A stretch of 63,587 nucleotides of DNA, filler included, from Octopus bimaculoides (Eukaryota), in NCBI RefSeq assembly GCF_001194135.2. It is 6 parts of 4 records of this genome, joined end to end, with 100 filler letters (N's around TTAATTAATTAA, not from the genome) between each part and the next. Parts side by side here need not be neighbours in the genome. Positions count along the whole stretch, not along the records: positions 15,867 to 29,221 come from NC_068999.1; positions 29,322 to 44,348 come from NC_068984.1; 4 more parts are not named here. One strand, 5' to 3'. Position 1 is the first letter of the stretch. Every line of letters starts with the position of its first letter. The translations under genes and the position numbers were made by a program. Shown one piece after another: positions 27,577 to 40,299 of the stretch. The notes under the pieces were generated by a model. The model did not search any database. It was not told where the DNA came from and saw nothing but the letters and a program-made list of their open reading frames with translations.

Positions 27577-27736
27577 ACATCGACCCCAGTGCGTAACTGG
27601 CACTTATTTAATCGACCCCAAAAGGATGAAAGGCAAAGTCGACCTCGGTGGGAATTTGAACTCAGAACATATCGGCAAACGAAATACCGCTAAGCATTTC
27701 GCCCGGCATGCTAACGATTCTGCCAGCTCACCGCCC
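27577..27736 (-). mobile_element. SINE family A
   Basis: GGATGAAAGGCAAAGTCGACCTCGG..CTGCCAGCTCACCGCC. Confidence 0.9.
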
Positions 27737-27934
27737 TGCATATATGTGTACTGCATATGTATTGTATTGCATAAATACAGGGCTGTAGATGTTTGACCAC
27801 GGAAAAATGCATATATATACATTATGTAAAATAGTTGTATATGTTATTCTCTGTAGTTTTGCTAAATGTTTACCACGAAAAGCATGAATTTGTGTAGCAG
27901 GTATTTTATATTTTATTTTATCTTTCACTTTTAT

Positions 27935-28240
27935 ACTTGTTTTATGACTGCGGCCATGCTGGAGCACCACCTTAATCGAAGAAAATCGACCAGGACTTAC
28001 TCTTTGTAAGCCTAATACCTATTCAATCGGTGTCTTTTGCCGAACCGCTAAGTTACAGGGACGTGAACACACCAACGCCGGCTGTCAAGTGATGGTGGAG
28101 TAAGAAGCTTGCTTCTCAACCACACTGTTCCGAATTCAGTCCCACAGTGCGGAACCTTGAACAAGTGGCTTCTATTATAGCTTTAGGCTGACCAAAACCT
28201 TGTGAGTGGATTTGGTAGACGGAAACTAAAAGAAGCCTGT
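27935..28240. mobile_element. SINE B 3' half (minus) joined to SINE B head (plus)
   Basis: Orientation switch at about 28098. Confidence 0.75.
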
Positions 28241-28630
28241 CGTTTTCGTGCGTTTTCTTTCTCTATTTATTCCATTCTGTTCTTCTAAGATGTGTATCCT
28301 TATGTGCGCATACGTTTGCGACCTTGCTTGTGTGAATGTGTGTGCATGTGTGTACGTGTGTGCGTGTATGTGTGTATGTCTGTGTTTTTCATAGATTTTA
28401 GCAGCAATGCAATCTTCTCCTCAGCCCCATCCTCTCACCCCATTGTGCTGCTAATGTCCTTAGACCCCAAAATTTGGTACAGTTCCTGTATGCCTCGGTG
28501 TATGTGTGTTGCCTCACGGTCTTGCCGTCGTGGTAGCTGTTGTTGTCATCGCCATCGTTGTCACCGCCGCTATTTTTGCTGACGTTGTTAGTCGTGTTGT
28601 TGACATTATTGTGGCCGTTCGTGAAGTTTC

Positions 28631-28669
<39 letters not shown>

Positions 28670-28670
28670 T

Positions 28671-28912
28671 GTGTATGGGTTCACTTCGTATGTAGTATGT
28701 ATCCATGCACTTTATATAGATTTATTTTATCTACCTGTATATCTTATATTTATCACCGGTATGTGACAAATAGATTGATAAATAAATATATAAATATACT
28801 TGCCACATACCTGAGATAAATATAAATATAAGATATAGAGATAGATAAAATAAATAAATATATCTATATAGAGGGCATGGGTACATACAACATACGAAGC
28901 GAACTCAAACAC
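28671..28912. repeat. Imperfect inverted repeat (about 100-bp arms, about 30-bp spacer)
   Basis: 28671-28769 vs 28800-28912; mirrored peptides SYVVCIHALYID / SYVVCTHALYID in the ORF track. Confidence 0.85.
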
Positions 28913-28993
28913 ACACCCAAACCTACATACGAGAAATTTCAAGGACGATTACAACAATGACAACAACACGATTAACGACAGCAAGAAAGAGTC

Positions 28994-29166
28994 AGAGAAA
29001 GTTGTGGTGAAAGAATAGAGCAGGGTTCGCCACCACCCCTTGCCGGGCCTCGTGGAGATTTAGGCGTTTTCGCTCAATAAACACTCACAACACCCGGTCT
29101 GGGAATCGAAACCGCGATCCTATGATTGCGAGTCTGCTGCACTAAACACTGGGCCATTGTGCCTCC

Positions 29167-29168
<2 letters not shown>
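28994..29168 (-). mobile_element. tRNA-derived SINE family C, 5' part
   Basis: Minus head GTGGAGGCACAATGGCCCAGTGTTTAG..GGTTTCGATTCCCAGACCGGG; body shared with 59140-59238. Confidence 0.85.
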
Positions 29169-29221
<53 letters not shown>

Positions 29222-29326
29222 NNNNNNNNNNNNNNNNNNNNNNNNNNNNNNNNNNNNNNNNNNNNTTAATTAATTAANNNNNNNNNNNNNNNNNNNNNNN
29301 NNNNNNNNNNNNNNNNNNNNNTACAA

Positions 29327-29513
29327 AAGGCAGAGAGCTGGCAGTATTTCGTCTATCTTTACGTTCCCGTTTAAAATTCCACCGAAGTCGACTTTGCCTT
29401 TCATCCTTTTGGGGTCGATTAGATAAGTACCATTTATGCACTGGGGTTGATGTAATCGACTTAATCCCTTTGTCTTTCCTTGTTTGTCCCCTCTTTGATT
29501 AGACCCCTGTGGG

Positions 29514-29520
<7 letters not shown>
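29327..29520 (+). mobile_element. SINE family A, internally deleted
   Basis: GTCGACTTTGCCTTTCATCCTTTTGGGGTCGA core. Confidence 0.8.
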
Positions 29521-29547
<27 letters not shown>

Positions 29548-29554
<7 letters not shown>

Positions 29555-29765
29555 CTTTTACTTGTTTCAGTCATTTGACTGTGGCTATGCTGGACCACCA
29601 CCTTAAAAGGCTTTTTGTCAAGATAACTGACCCCAGGACTTACTCTTTGTAAGCCTAGTACTTATTGTATCAATATCTCTCACCGAACTGCTAAGTTACA
29701 GGGATGTAAACACTAACATTGGTTGTCAAGCAATGGTAGGAGGCAAACATAAACATACACACACA
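29548..29765 (-). mobile_element. SINE family B 3' half, CpG-decayed
   Basis: Same block as 13572-13798 with CG changed to TG/CA at most sites. Confidence 0.85.
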
Positions 29766-29799
29766 AATATAAACTTTCATATATATATATATGTATATA

Positions 29800-29958
29800 G
29801 GGAGAATTCACAAAAAAACAACAGATGAAGACAGATGGTGTAGAAAACAAACAGATGTATTAGTATAATGCTCGGGAATTGAAAAAGTCTTTAATGTTTC
29901 TAGCCTATGCTCTTCCACAGAAAGAAACAAGGAGAGAAAAAAAATGTGTGTAGTGGTT
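29800..29958 (-). mobile_element. ~190-bp TA-associated repeat with hammerhead-like motif, copy 3
   Basis: Minus TCTTT CTGTGGA A GAGC ATAG GCTA GAAAC ATT AAAGA at 29888-29925. Confidence 0.8.
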
Positions 29959-31073
29959 AGAGAACAGAAAGTACAGGAAAGTTAAGAAAGTATAAAAATA
30001 ATAATAATAATAATAATAAAGGTTTTAATTCAAGTCCAAAAAGTTCAAAGGCTTCAGATATCGTGGTGTATTGGTGCGATTTCTCATCAACAGATGGGTC
30101 CAGAGTAATCCATAAGCAGGAGAGGTGCAGCTGGAGTGTAGAAAGTCCAAAAGAGTGTAGAATGATATATATATGATGGATTTCTTTTCGTTTCCACCAA
30201 CCAAATCCACTCACAAGGGTTTGGTTGCCTGAGGCTATAGTAGAGGACACTTGCCCAGGGTGCCACACAATATGACTGAATCTAGAATCATGTGGTTGAG
30301 AAACACGCTTATTACCACACAGTCACACCTGTGCCTATACCACGGCCATATATATACATATATACGACAGGCTTCTTTCAGCTTCCGTCTACCAAATCCA
30401 CTCACAAGGGTTTGGTTGCCTGAGGCTATAGTAGANNNNNNNNNNNNNNNNNNNNNNNNNNNNNNNNNNNNNNNNNNNNNNNNNNNNNNNNNNNNNNNNN
30501 NNNNNNNNNNNNNNNNNNNNNNNNNNNNNNNNNNNNNNNNNNNNNNNNNNNNNNNNNNNNNNNNNNNNNNNNNNNNNNNNNNNNNNNNNNNNNNNNNNNN
30601 NNNNNNNNNNNNNNNNNNNNNNNNNNNNNNNNNNNNNNNNNNNNNNNNNNNNNNNNNNNNNNNNNNNNNNNNNNNNNNNNNNNNNNNNNNNNNNNNNNNN
30701 NNNNNNNNNNNNNNNNNNNNNNNNNNNNNNNNNNNNNNNNNNNNNNNNNNNNNNNNNNNNNNNNNNNNNNNNNNNNNNNNNNNNNNNNNNNNNNNNNNNN
30801 NNNNNNNNNNNNNNNNNNNNNNNNNNNNNNNNNNNNNNNNNNNNNNNNNNNNNNNNNNNNNNNNNNNNNNNNNNNNNNNNNNNNNNNNNNNNNNNNNNNN
30901 NNNNNNNNNNNNNNNNNNNNNNNNNNNNNNNNNNNNNNNNNNNNNNNNNNNNNNNNNNNNNNNNNNNNNNNNNNNNNNNNNNNNNNNNNNNNNNNNNNNN
31001 NNNNNNNNNNNNNNNNNNNNNNNNNNNNNNNNNNNNNNNNNNNNNNNNNNNNNNNNNNNNNNNNNNNNNNNNN

Positions 31074-31106
<33 letters not shown>

Positions 31107-31445
31107 TACGACAGGCTTCTTTCAGCTTCCGTCTACCAAATCCACTCACAAGGCTTTGGTTGGCCTGATGCTATAGTAGAAGACACTTGCCCAAGGTTCC
31201 ACGCAGTGGGAATGAACCCGGAACCATGTGGTTGGTAAGCAAGCTACTTACCTCACAGCCACTCCTGCGCCTATTGTCTATGCTATTTCTGTTGTTTTGT
31301 TTTGACAACACCCTTGGTTGAGAAATCAGTCTCACAGAGAAAAGAAATGACAGCAGTGTTTACACAGCAGATTTATTGAATATTTTGCCTTAACCTGTAT
31401 CAAAAAGGAACTAAATAATATAATTGTGCCAAAACATATTTTTAA

Positions 31446-31668
31446 CCTTTTCGTATTCAGATTATTCTGTGAAATGTAATTCTTATATTCACATTGTTTT
31501 TAATTAATCATGCATTATCTTGTAGCTTCAAGAGTTCAATGATGAGATTACTTATTTTTAGAATGACTTTGTAGGGTAGGTGTAAGAGGCTGGATATGGC
31601 CATTTTTAACATTAAATGAGTAGAACATAGCACTCATGTATGAATATAGTCAGTTTAAATGCTAAAAG
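31446..31668. mobile_element. piggyBac-like MITE remnant
   Basis: TTAA|CCTTTTCGTATT ... AATGCTAAAAG|ATAA: degenerate TIRs and TTAA-like TSD. Confidence 0.45.
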
Positions 31669-32249
31669 ATAAATCCTTTCTCAACTGCCAACCCCAACAA
31701 TTTATTCTCTACTGTGATATTTAAGCCATTTGTCAATTGCATAAGCAGATTTCAGATCCCTCTGTTACTTTTCTGAGGGTCTCTTCTAGGAAGTAACGCT
31801 GTAAGCATTCTGCCAAATTTTTCAAAAGTTCTGAAGGGGACAATTTGTAGAGTCACATGTCATACTAATGTCTTCTCTTACATCAGAGATGGTTAATGTC
31901 GATTAATGAAACATGTCATAATTTCTTGACACTTGACTCTTCCATGTTTTAGCTTTTGTCTTTCTGTTTTGTCTGCCTTGGTAAAACATGAACCCATCCT
32001 TCTCTGCATAGAGGTTTTGAATTTATTAAGGACAGCAAAGATAACTGCTGAATCAGCCAAAGTGATTAACCAATTCTAAATTCAGGAAAATTGTATCTAA
32101 TTTGAGGTTTCGTCCTGAAGAAACTTGATTAGTTTGTCTTGTAGCTTAAATACTCATAACAAAATTTTGTCCTTGTTTACTAACATTGATAGGTTATAGG
32201 AACTGTTTATGATCGGCTCCTTTATCAAGCATAATATTCAGTTTTCTTA

Positions 32250-32597
32250 TATCTTTTAACTTTTACTTGTTTCAGACTGTGGTAGTACCTCAAAGAATTT
32301 TAGTTGAACTAATCAACCCCAGTACTTATTTCATTTTTAAGTCTGGTACTTATTCTATCAGTCTCTTTTGCCAAACTGTTACGTTACAGTGATATTAACA
32401 TACCAACACTAGTTCTCAAATGGTAGTAGGGGTGGTGTCAATCACACACACACACAACAGGATTCTTTCAATTTCCATCTACCAAATCCACTTACAAGTC
32501 TTTGGTTGGCCTGACACTATAGTTGAAAGGTGCCATGCAGCAGGAGTAAACCTGGAACCATATGGTTGGGATGCAAACTTCTTACCCCCTGTGCCTA
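32250..32597 (-). mobile_element. SINE family B, CpG-decayed
   Basis: Tail, (CA)n and head blocks in order. Confidence 0.8.
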
Positions 32598-33232
32598 TGT
32601 CTCTGTCGACTTTATTTTTCTGCAAGATTATCTTAGTGAAGGAAGCATCGTGTTGTTTTGCATTCTGAAGCAAGCAGCTTGAACTATATCTATACATGAG
32701 TGCCATCCTATCATTACAGTAGCACCTCAAAACACATACCAATATAGAACTTGAAATCTAATTCACATTTGTGAATGAAGTGATAACACAGTTTTAAACA
32801 CCTCAGAACTAATCATTTTTGTTAATACTGAAATATGGCAGTTCTGATGTTGTATAGTGCCCTAAAGCAAACATACACCATAAGAACGACCAGATTAGCA
32901 ATGTTTGTACTTTTGTCATGATGCAATGAAAAATACTTTGTTAATTTAATCAGTCTAAGGAGTTGATTTTCCAAATTATGAGCCTGATTGTGAATTCATT
33001 GAGCTGTAATGTCACCTGACATCTTTCATATTGCCTTTCAAAAGTATCTCACTGGTTGTGTTCGATTATTTTGCCTTAGCAAAGTCTTATTTTATAAGAA
33101 GCCTGTAATGCATAAAAATTTACTTTATTTGTTTTCCAAGAATTTTTATCTGAAGCCATGTGTTGAAACCAATATTATTCTATCTTGGAAGCGATATATC
33201 ATTAAAGCCCGTAAGCACATCAGTTGTTTTTT

Positions 33233-33482
33233 TTTTATCTTTTATCTTTTACTTGTTTCTGTCATTAGACTGTGGCCATGTTAGAGCACGATGTGGAAGA
33301 ATCTTAGTTAAGCAAATTGATTCCAGTACTTAATTTAAAAATCTGATATTGGTTTATTAGTCACTTTTGCCAACAACTAAGTAATGGGGACATAGACACC
33401 AACACCAGCCATCAAGTGGTGGTGGGTGACAAGCACACACACACACACACACACATAATGGGTTTCAGCCACGCCTGCACCT
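33233..33482 (-). mobile_element. SINE family B, degraded
   Basis: GACTGTGGCCATG tail and GACAAGCACACAC junction. Confidence 0.7.
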
Positions 33483-34684
33483 GATTATCTATATTATATC
33501 ACTCCCCCCACCATACATATCACTTCACCATCTCTGTGAACTTTTCATTGGGTACAGAATATAGACAATTGATTTGTGAGTTTATAGGCGTTAAATTACA
33601 AATCTTTGAAAATATAACAATTCAAGATTTATGCATACAACTTCAAAGTGCAATCTTTGAATGCCTTTTAAATCTATATAATGTCTTTCAAAGAATTTCA
33701 CCACTTTTGGTTTATGTTTTGTAGTTAAATAATACTAAAAGTCTGATGGTTTCATTGTGTTGTTTCTCAACAACATTTTCATGAATGACACTCTGCAGTT
33801 TACACCCTATTCAGGAATTTCTGGTAACAAAACTGAAACAAATATCTGTGAAGTCATATTTCTGAGCATAGCTTGGCAAATTACTTTAACAAGTAAATAT
33901 TCAGTTTTATTTAAATAATCTGTATTTTCTCCAACCTCAGCTTATACCAGTTTCACTAACATGTCCATTAATCCTTGATTACCATTTGAATTTTCTATAC
34001 TCTATACCATAAGCGTACTGTTTGTATTATACTTACTTTGATCTTAGTATTTTACTTGTTACAATCACTGGATTGCAACCTTGAGGAGTGTATTCAAACA
34101 CACAACCCTAGTACCTAATCTTTAAGTTTGGTACTTATTCTATTGGTCTCTTTTACCAAACTGCTAAGTTATGAGGAAGTAAACAAACCAACACCAATTG
34201 TCAAGTGGTATATGTACACACACACACACANNNNNNNNNNNNNNNNNNNNNNNNNNNNNNNNNNNNNNNNNNNNNNNNNNNNNNNNNNNNNNNNNNNNNN
34301 NNNNNNNNNNNNNNNNNNNNNNNNNNNNNNNNNNNNNNNNNNNNNNNNNNNNNNNNNNNNNNNNNNNNNNNNNNNNNNNNNNNNNNNNNNNNNNNNNNNN
34401 NNNNNNNNNNNNNNNNNNNNNNNNNNNNNNNNNNNNNNNNNNNNNNNNNNNNNNNNNNNNNNNNNNNNNNNNNNNNNNNNNNNNNNNNNNNNNNNNNNNN
34501 NNNNNNNNNNNNNNNNNNNNNNNNNNNNNNNNNNNNNNNNNNNNNNNNNNNNNNNNNNNNNNNNNNNNNNNNNNNNNNNNNNNNNNNNNNNNNNNNNNNN
34601 NNNNNNNNNNNNNNNNNNNNNNNNNNNNNNNNNNNNNNNNNNNNNNNNNNNNNNNNNNNNNNNNNNNNNNNNNNNNNNNNNNNN

Positions 34685-34720
<36 letters not shown>

Positions 34721-34834
34721 TTATTTTTCATTCTCTTCGAAATTGCTCTTAAATATGGTTTTGTATTCTGGCAACTCTAGGCTACATCTACATATTCAAA
34801 CAACTGTACTCTTGTCCTTAAAAAAAGGATCAAA

Positions 34835-35111
34835 GGTCCATCCCAAACCATAGGCTCATAAAGCTGGTTTCCTGGATTCTGTGGCATATGTATTCCTGTC
34901 CCCTCACCACCACCACCACCACCACCACCACTTCCTTGAAAGGACACTGTTCCATTGCAGGGTCACTCATTTTTGCCAGCTGAGTGAACTGGAGCAACTT
35001 GAAATGATGCGTTTTGCTCAGGGACATAATGCATTGCCCAGTCCAGAAATCGAAACCACAATCTTTCCAGCATGAGTGCAACACCCTAACCTATAAGTCA
35101 TGCACCTCCAC
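34835..35111 (-). mobile_element. tRNA-derived SINE family D
   Basis: Minus head GTGGAGGTGCATGACTTATAGGTTAGG..GGTTTCGATTTC, then CCCTGAGCAAAACGCATCATTTCAAGTTGCTCCAG core. Confidence 0.75.
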
Positions 35112-35229
35112 ACCTCCTTATAACATATATGTATGTATGCATGCATGTATGTATGTTTCTATGTATGTACAGAATATGTGTTATTTATATCCATCCATCT
35201 ATCTATCTATCTCTCTCTCTATATATATA

Positions 35230-35334
35230 TATGGATCAAAACAGTTTGATTCAAATTTGTTGGTACTCTTGAGTTTCAAGTGTGTTGCTTGTCATCTGTG
35301 ATTTTGAATTTGAATCAAACTGTTTTGATCCATA
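35230..35334. mobile_element. 105-bp MITE with perfect 28-bp TIRs
   Basis: TATGGATCAAAACAGTTTGATTCAAATT (35230-35257) and its exact reverse complement (35307-35334). Confidence 0.85.
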
Positions 35335-35397
35335 CATGTAACATGTAACTCTCAATAAATATGTTGAGCACCTTTCTTTCGTTTATCCACTCATTCG

Positions 35398-35429
<32 letters not shown>

Positions 35430-35454
35430 AAGAGAGAGAGAGATGGATGTATGG

Positions 35455-35465
35455 ATAGCTAGATG

Positions 35466-35539
<74 letters not shown>
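35455..35539. repeat. (AGAT)n microsatellite
   Basis: Direct reading. Confidence 0.95.
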
Positions 35540-36194
35540 ACTGATGCAATATAATATTTTCAGCTGTTATTGTGTTATAAAACTCTATATCAAGTACTAT
35601 ATAATATTGTTGGATTATTTATAAATTAGTGCAAAGTTGTTATTATTATTGCTATATACACTTATATCTTTACTTGTATGTATATAAGTGTGCATGTGAG
35701 TGTGTGTGAGAGTATGTATGTGTGTATGTATGTACGTGTGTATGTATGTGTGTATATATGTATGTATGTGTGTATGTATGTATGTGTGTATGTAATGTAG
35801 ATACAGACAGTAAAGATGAAGTTAATAGTCTGGAAGATGATAATCTTATTAACAACAATTCATCACAGACATTTAATCCTTTAAGATATTAAGTCTTTAC
35901 AAGATAATAAGATAAAAACATACAATAGATAAAACAAAATATGAAGTTTCTGAAATGCTACAGAAAAGTTTGTAAAATATTTTCAAACTAACTGAAGAAC
36001 TACAATTTCCAATATAAATGCAGTTTCTTACAACACGTTAATTACCAGAACAGACAATGTTTGTATGTTTGCTGCAAATAACAAGGATGTGCACTATTTT
36101 ACAGTTAACATTATTAATGTGCACTACAAGTACAATAAGCTGCAAATCAAATTGAAAGGGCAAAAACTCAATTTTTAAAAAAAATTTTGGGGTT

Positions 36195-36306
36195 AGTTTC
36201 ACCACATGGCACCTTGGGCAAGTGTCTTCTAATATAGTCTCAGGTTGACCAAAGCCTTGTAAGTGAATTTAGTACACAGAAACTGAAAGGAGCCTGTTGT
36301 ATATGT

Positions 36307-36342
<36 letters not shown>

Positions 36343-36530
36343 TTCGCTACTACCACTTGACAACTTGTGTGGGTGTGTTTACATCCTCATAACTTAGCAG
36401 TTCAGCAAAAGTGACCAATAGAATAAATACCAGACTTTAAAAAAAAAGTCCTGTATATGACTAAAACCCTTCAGGGCAGTGCCCCAGCATGGCCACAATC
36501 AAAATGATTGAAACAAGTAAAAGATGAAGG
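36195..36530 (+). mobile_element. SINE family B, CpG-decayed
   Basis: CACATGGCACCTTGGGCAAGTG..(TG)n..CCCCAGCATGGCCACAATCAAAATGATTGAAACAAG. Confidence 0.8.
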
Positions 36531-36593
36531 ATAAAGCTTTCTCGGCTGAGGTGATACTAGCCACAGATTCTGAAGTTTAGTTCCTGGTATCAA

Positions 36594-36812
36594 TGAGGGG
36601 GTGCTGAAACGTTCCTGGCTTTGGGTAAAAGAAAATATAGGAGGATCAGTTAATAATGATTCTATTCAACATATTCCCCTTTCAGATTTACACACTTATG
36701 CCAGCAGTCCTTCAGTTTTTCTAAGCCTTGTAAAAGAACTCAGAAGGTTGGGCGTCCAACCAGGCCTTTTATGATACCCTTAATGCCAAAAACTTTACAG
36801 CACCCCATAGTA
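36594..36812. mobile_element. Mariner-type MITE
   Basis: GAGGGGGTGCTGAAACGTTCCTGGC / GCCAAAAACTTTACAGCACCCC inverted ends. Confidence 0.65.
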
Positions 36813-37319
36813 TATTTGAGAGCAGAAAGTTCCAGTCCAGAGTCTATGTGTGTATTTTGGTATAAGGTATCAAGAGAATGTGCACAATTGAGAAGGTACC
36901 TGTTGTATGGCATCTCTCAAACTGCCATGGCAGCATAACACTGAGTTCTAATGAAGCTTTTGTATTGAGCCTCTACTTTTCTGCTTACTAAACCAAGTCT
37001 AATTCCAGACAGTTTTATAGTTGCAATACAAGATGTCAAGATTATATTATTTTATTTTTAATTTAGAAAGTGATATTAAGAGTTCAATAAAAAAGAAATT
37101 TCAAACTTTCTTTTGAAGTCTGGAACAGTTGATGATATATAGCAATAGCTATTGGCAGTGTGGTCTATATTTTGGTACTGTAGTCATCTATATATAGTGA
37201 TTCCTTGAGCTTAAACTGACAGATGATGAGTAAAGTTTAAAGTAATTCCTGAGAGTTAACTGAAAGAGATCAATCAACTCAGAAGGGACCAAGGAATCAA
37301 TACTCTTGCAAAATATGAA

Positions 37320-37545
37320 GAAGTGTTTGAAGTATATACCACCACTACCACTGATGCCACCACCACTACTGCTACTGCCCTCACCATCACCACCACCACC
37401 ACCACCACCGCTGCCGCCGCCACCACCACCGCAATTATCACTACCACCATCACCACTACCATCTCTACTTCCTCTGCCACTACCACCACTGCAAGCACCA
37501 TCACCACTGCAAGCCACACAACCACCACCACCACCACCACCATTA
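37320..37545. repeat. (CAC/CAT/CTA)n low-complexity tract
   Basis: Direct reading. Confidence 0.9.
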
Positions 37546-37860
37546 TCCTCTTCCGTTTATGCCCATTTTCTATGTTTGAATGTGTTCAATGAGGCCTCCA
37601 ACATGTTGCATTCTTTAGTTATCTCCTTTGTGAAATTCAACATCCTGAGATTAGCTTCCACCAATTCTGTTCATGCCTTCTCTCTTCCATTGGTTTTCAT
37701 TTTCCATTTGCTTTTTTTTCCATATAGATCTCTTGACTCTTCTTCAACCAACTGTCATCATCCAACTGTCATCGCATGTCAACATCAGAGTTGTTTCTCT
37801 TGCACACCATAACTTATACACAAGTGCATGTTTTTTTCTGACTAATGAAAACTCATTGGG
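37545..37860 (-). mobile_element. Degraded RTE LINE 3' fragment
   Basis: Minus end CACTCAAACATAGAAAATGGGCATAAAC resembles the RTE tail seen at 60030-60070; weak RTE C-terminal translation. Confidence 0.45.
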
Positions 37861-37878
37861 AAATTACACTGTGTAACA

Positions 37879-39655
37879 TTATCATCATCATCATCATCAT
37901 CATCATCCATCATTTTGAATCCAGATTTTGTCCCCATTAACATTGGTGGCTAGATCTACCTCAATAACATAGCAACTGCCCTTCCATCAAATTGCCATCT
38001 TGCCCGGTTTTTGGTATCCTCCCTTCTCAAGCCAACCCTCCAAATCTTCTCCACCTGTCCCCTCCACATTTTCCTTGGTCTACTTTGCTTTCGCTGTCCA
38101 TTTACCTCAAACTCTAGCACCCGCTTCAGAAAATGCTCCTCATCCCTCTTTAACACATGCCCAAACCATCGTACTCCATTCGCCCTTGCCAGCCATTCCA
38201 TTGATTCCTCCGACCTCAGCATCCCTATCAAGTCCTCAGTCCTCCTCTTATCAAACAACCTCATGCCACACATTTCTCTCACCATTGCTCTCTCAGTCCT
38301 TCTCAAAATTACCATCTCTCTCTCTCAAACACTATGTATCACTCCCATACAGCATTGCAGCTCTCACACAACTTCTATAGACCTTTCTTTACATCTTCAA
38401 TGAGAACCTTTTCCCAAACAACAACACTCCACATTCCATGAACTTCACCCAGCCGAGTCACACTCTTGCTGTCACAGCTGCTTCACATTCACCACTTACA
38501 TCCACCCTATCTCCCAAATAACAAAACCTTCTCACTATCTCTACCTCATCATATTGTATTTCCGCTGACTTCACCAGCCCTTTTCTCACATCTTCCAGCT
38601 CTTTTCTCACATCTTCCACAAACAACCCTCTTGCCAGTTTTGGGGTAATCTTCTTCATTTTCTATGTCTACCATGAATCCATTTCTCACATCTTGTACAC
38701 AACACCGCATTTGCCATTACCCTCCTCCCACATACACCACATGGAACCACCTTACTCACTAACACTTCTCCATCCACCCCACTCACCATCACCTTTGTCT
38801 TCCTGAGGTGTACCTTCAAACCCTTGCTTTCAAATGCCTCCTTCCATTTCCAAAGCTTCTCCCTCAATCCCACCATCGTTTAACTCATCAGAACAAGATC
38901 ATCTGCATACAGTATCTCCATTAGCAATCCCTCTCTTGCACTCTCTGTCACAACATAACCACTATTGCAAACAACAATGGTAACAACACAGATCCTTGAT
39001 GCATACCAACTTTCACAGCAAACTCCTCCGACAGCTCTGATCCAATTCTCACTCTTGTCTTTACCCACTCACACAAACTCATTACTGCTCTCACTATTGC
39101 CTCTAGTACACCTCTCTTCCTCAATGCCCACTCAATCACCTTCCTTGGAACCCTGTCAAATGCCTTCTCCAGATCACTGAAGCACATATACAACTCCTTC
39201 CCCTTATCTCAGTATTCCTCCTGCAATCTCTTTACAATGAACACTGCATCTATTGTCGCCCTTCCTGGCATAAAACCAAATTGCATCTCATCCACATCCA
39301 CCCCTTTGCATATTCTCCTCTCCAACACCCTTTCCACTATCTTCATTGCATGCTCCAATAACTTCACTCCTTTATACGCCCCAGAACTCATCACTCCCCC
39401 CTTCTCCTTGAAGATTGGTACCACCACACTTAGTGTCCAGTCCTCTGGCATTCCTCTTCAATTCAGCACACTCTGACAGAGCTCCATCATCACAATCCCT
39501 TTCTCTCCACTCCACTTCATGCATCTCCCTCCCTCAGCATCTCTTCCATCATTTTTCATTGATTTAATAAACCTAAACACTATCTGGGTTCTCATCCAGC
39601 CTGCTCCACCTCTCCTCAGCCTCCTTCCTCTTAGATCTTGCAACTACCCTCTTTG
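37879..39655 (-). pseudogene. 5'-truncated RTE-clade LINE, reverse transcriptase region, multiply frameshifted
   Basis: VVVPIFK, QFGFMPGR, FSDLEKAFDRVP, GMHQGSVL, LYADDLVL, FCYLG, RWFGHVL motifs in ORF fragments; (GAT)n tail at 37879-37906. Confidence 0.95.
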
Positions 39656-40299
39656 CACGATTCTTCATGTTATTATACTTATGCCATAACAGACACCATT
39701 TTTATTTTTCTTGTCTTTGGTCAAGTAAGTGTTATTTCCTATTTGTTTCTATCTAGAAATCAAAGGAAATGACTACTATTCCCTTCAAACTTTGCTTTTG
39801 TAACCTAGATATAAATATATTGAAACTGACCTATTTTCCATTACATTTCGGACAAATTCATCACTGAGTTGCTGAAACAGAAATATCATGATAGCAAATA
39901 TTCTTCTCAATACTACAGATTGAGATCAACCTTCACTAATTCATTCATATCTTACTAGGTCTCTCTCTTCCACAAGTTCCATCCACATTTAGTGATCAGC
40001 ACTTCCTTATATGGTTGTTCCCATCCATACATACCAGTACAGTCTTTTCTCTTGTACTCTGTATCTGATACTTCTTATGTTTAATTTTTTTCTAAATTCA
40101 TTTGCGCTTAGTTGTGCAAGCACACTGGTGCTGCACATTCAGTGGAGCATACTAATTTCATTCCTTTCTAGTTTTTACATGTTTTATGTATTTAGGGTCC
40201 ATATCTCACTACCATGTAGCCAGAGCAAATTTTAAGCCAATTAGACAAATTTGTTCAAATTGGGTTCTGCATCATGAGAGGGCCCTGTGCATATACTTG

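Noticed and set aside
30345-31185. Repeated SINE B head sequence on both sides of a gap
   Set aside because: Probably assembly redundancy or adjacent SINE copies; cannot be resolved across Ns.
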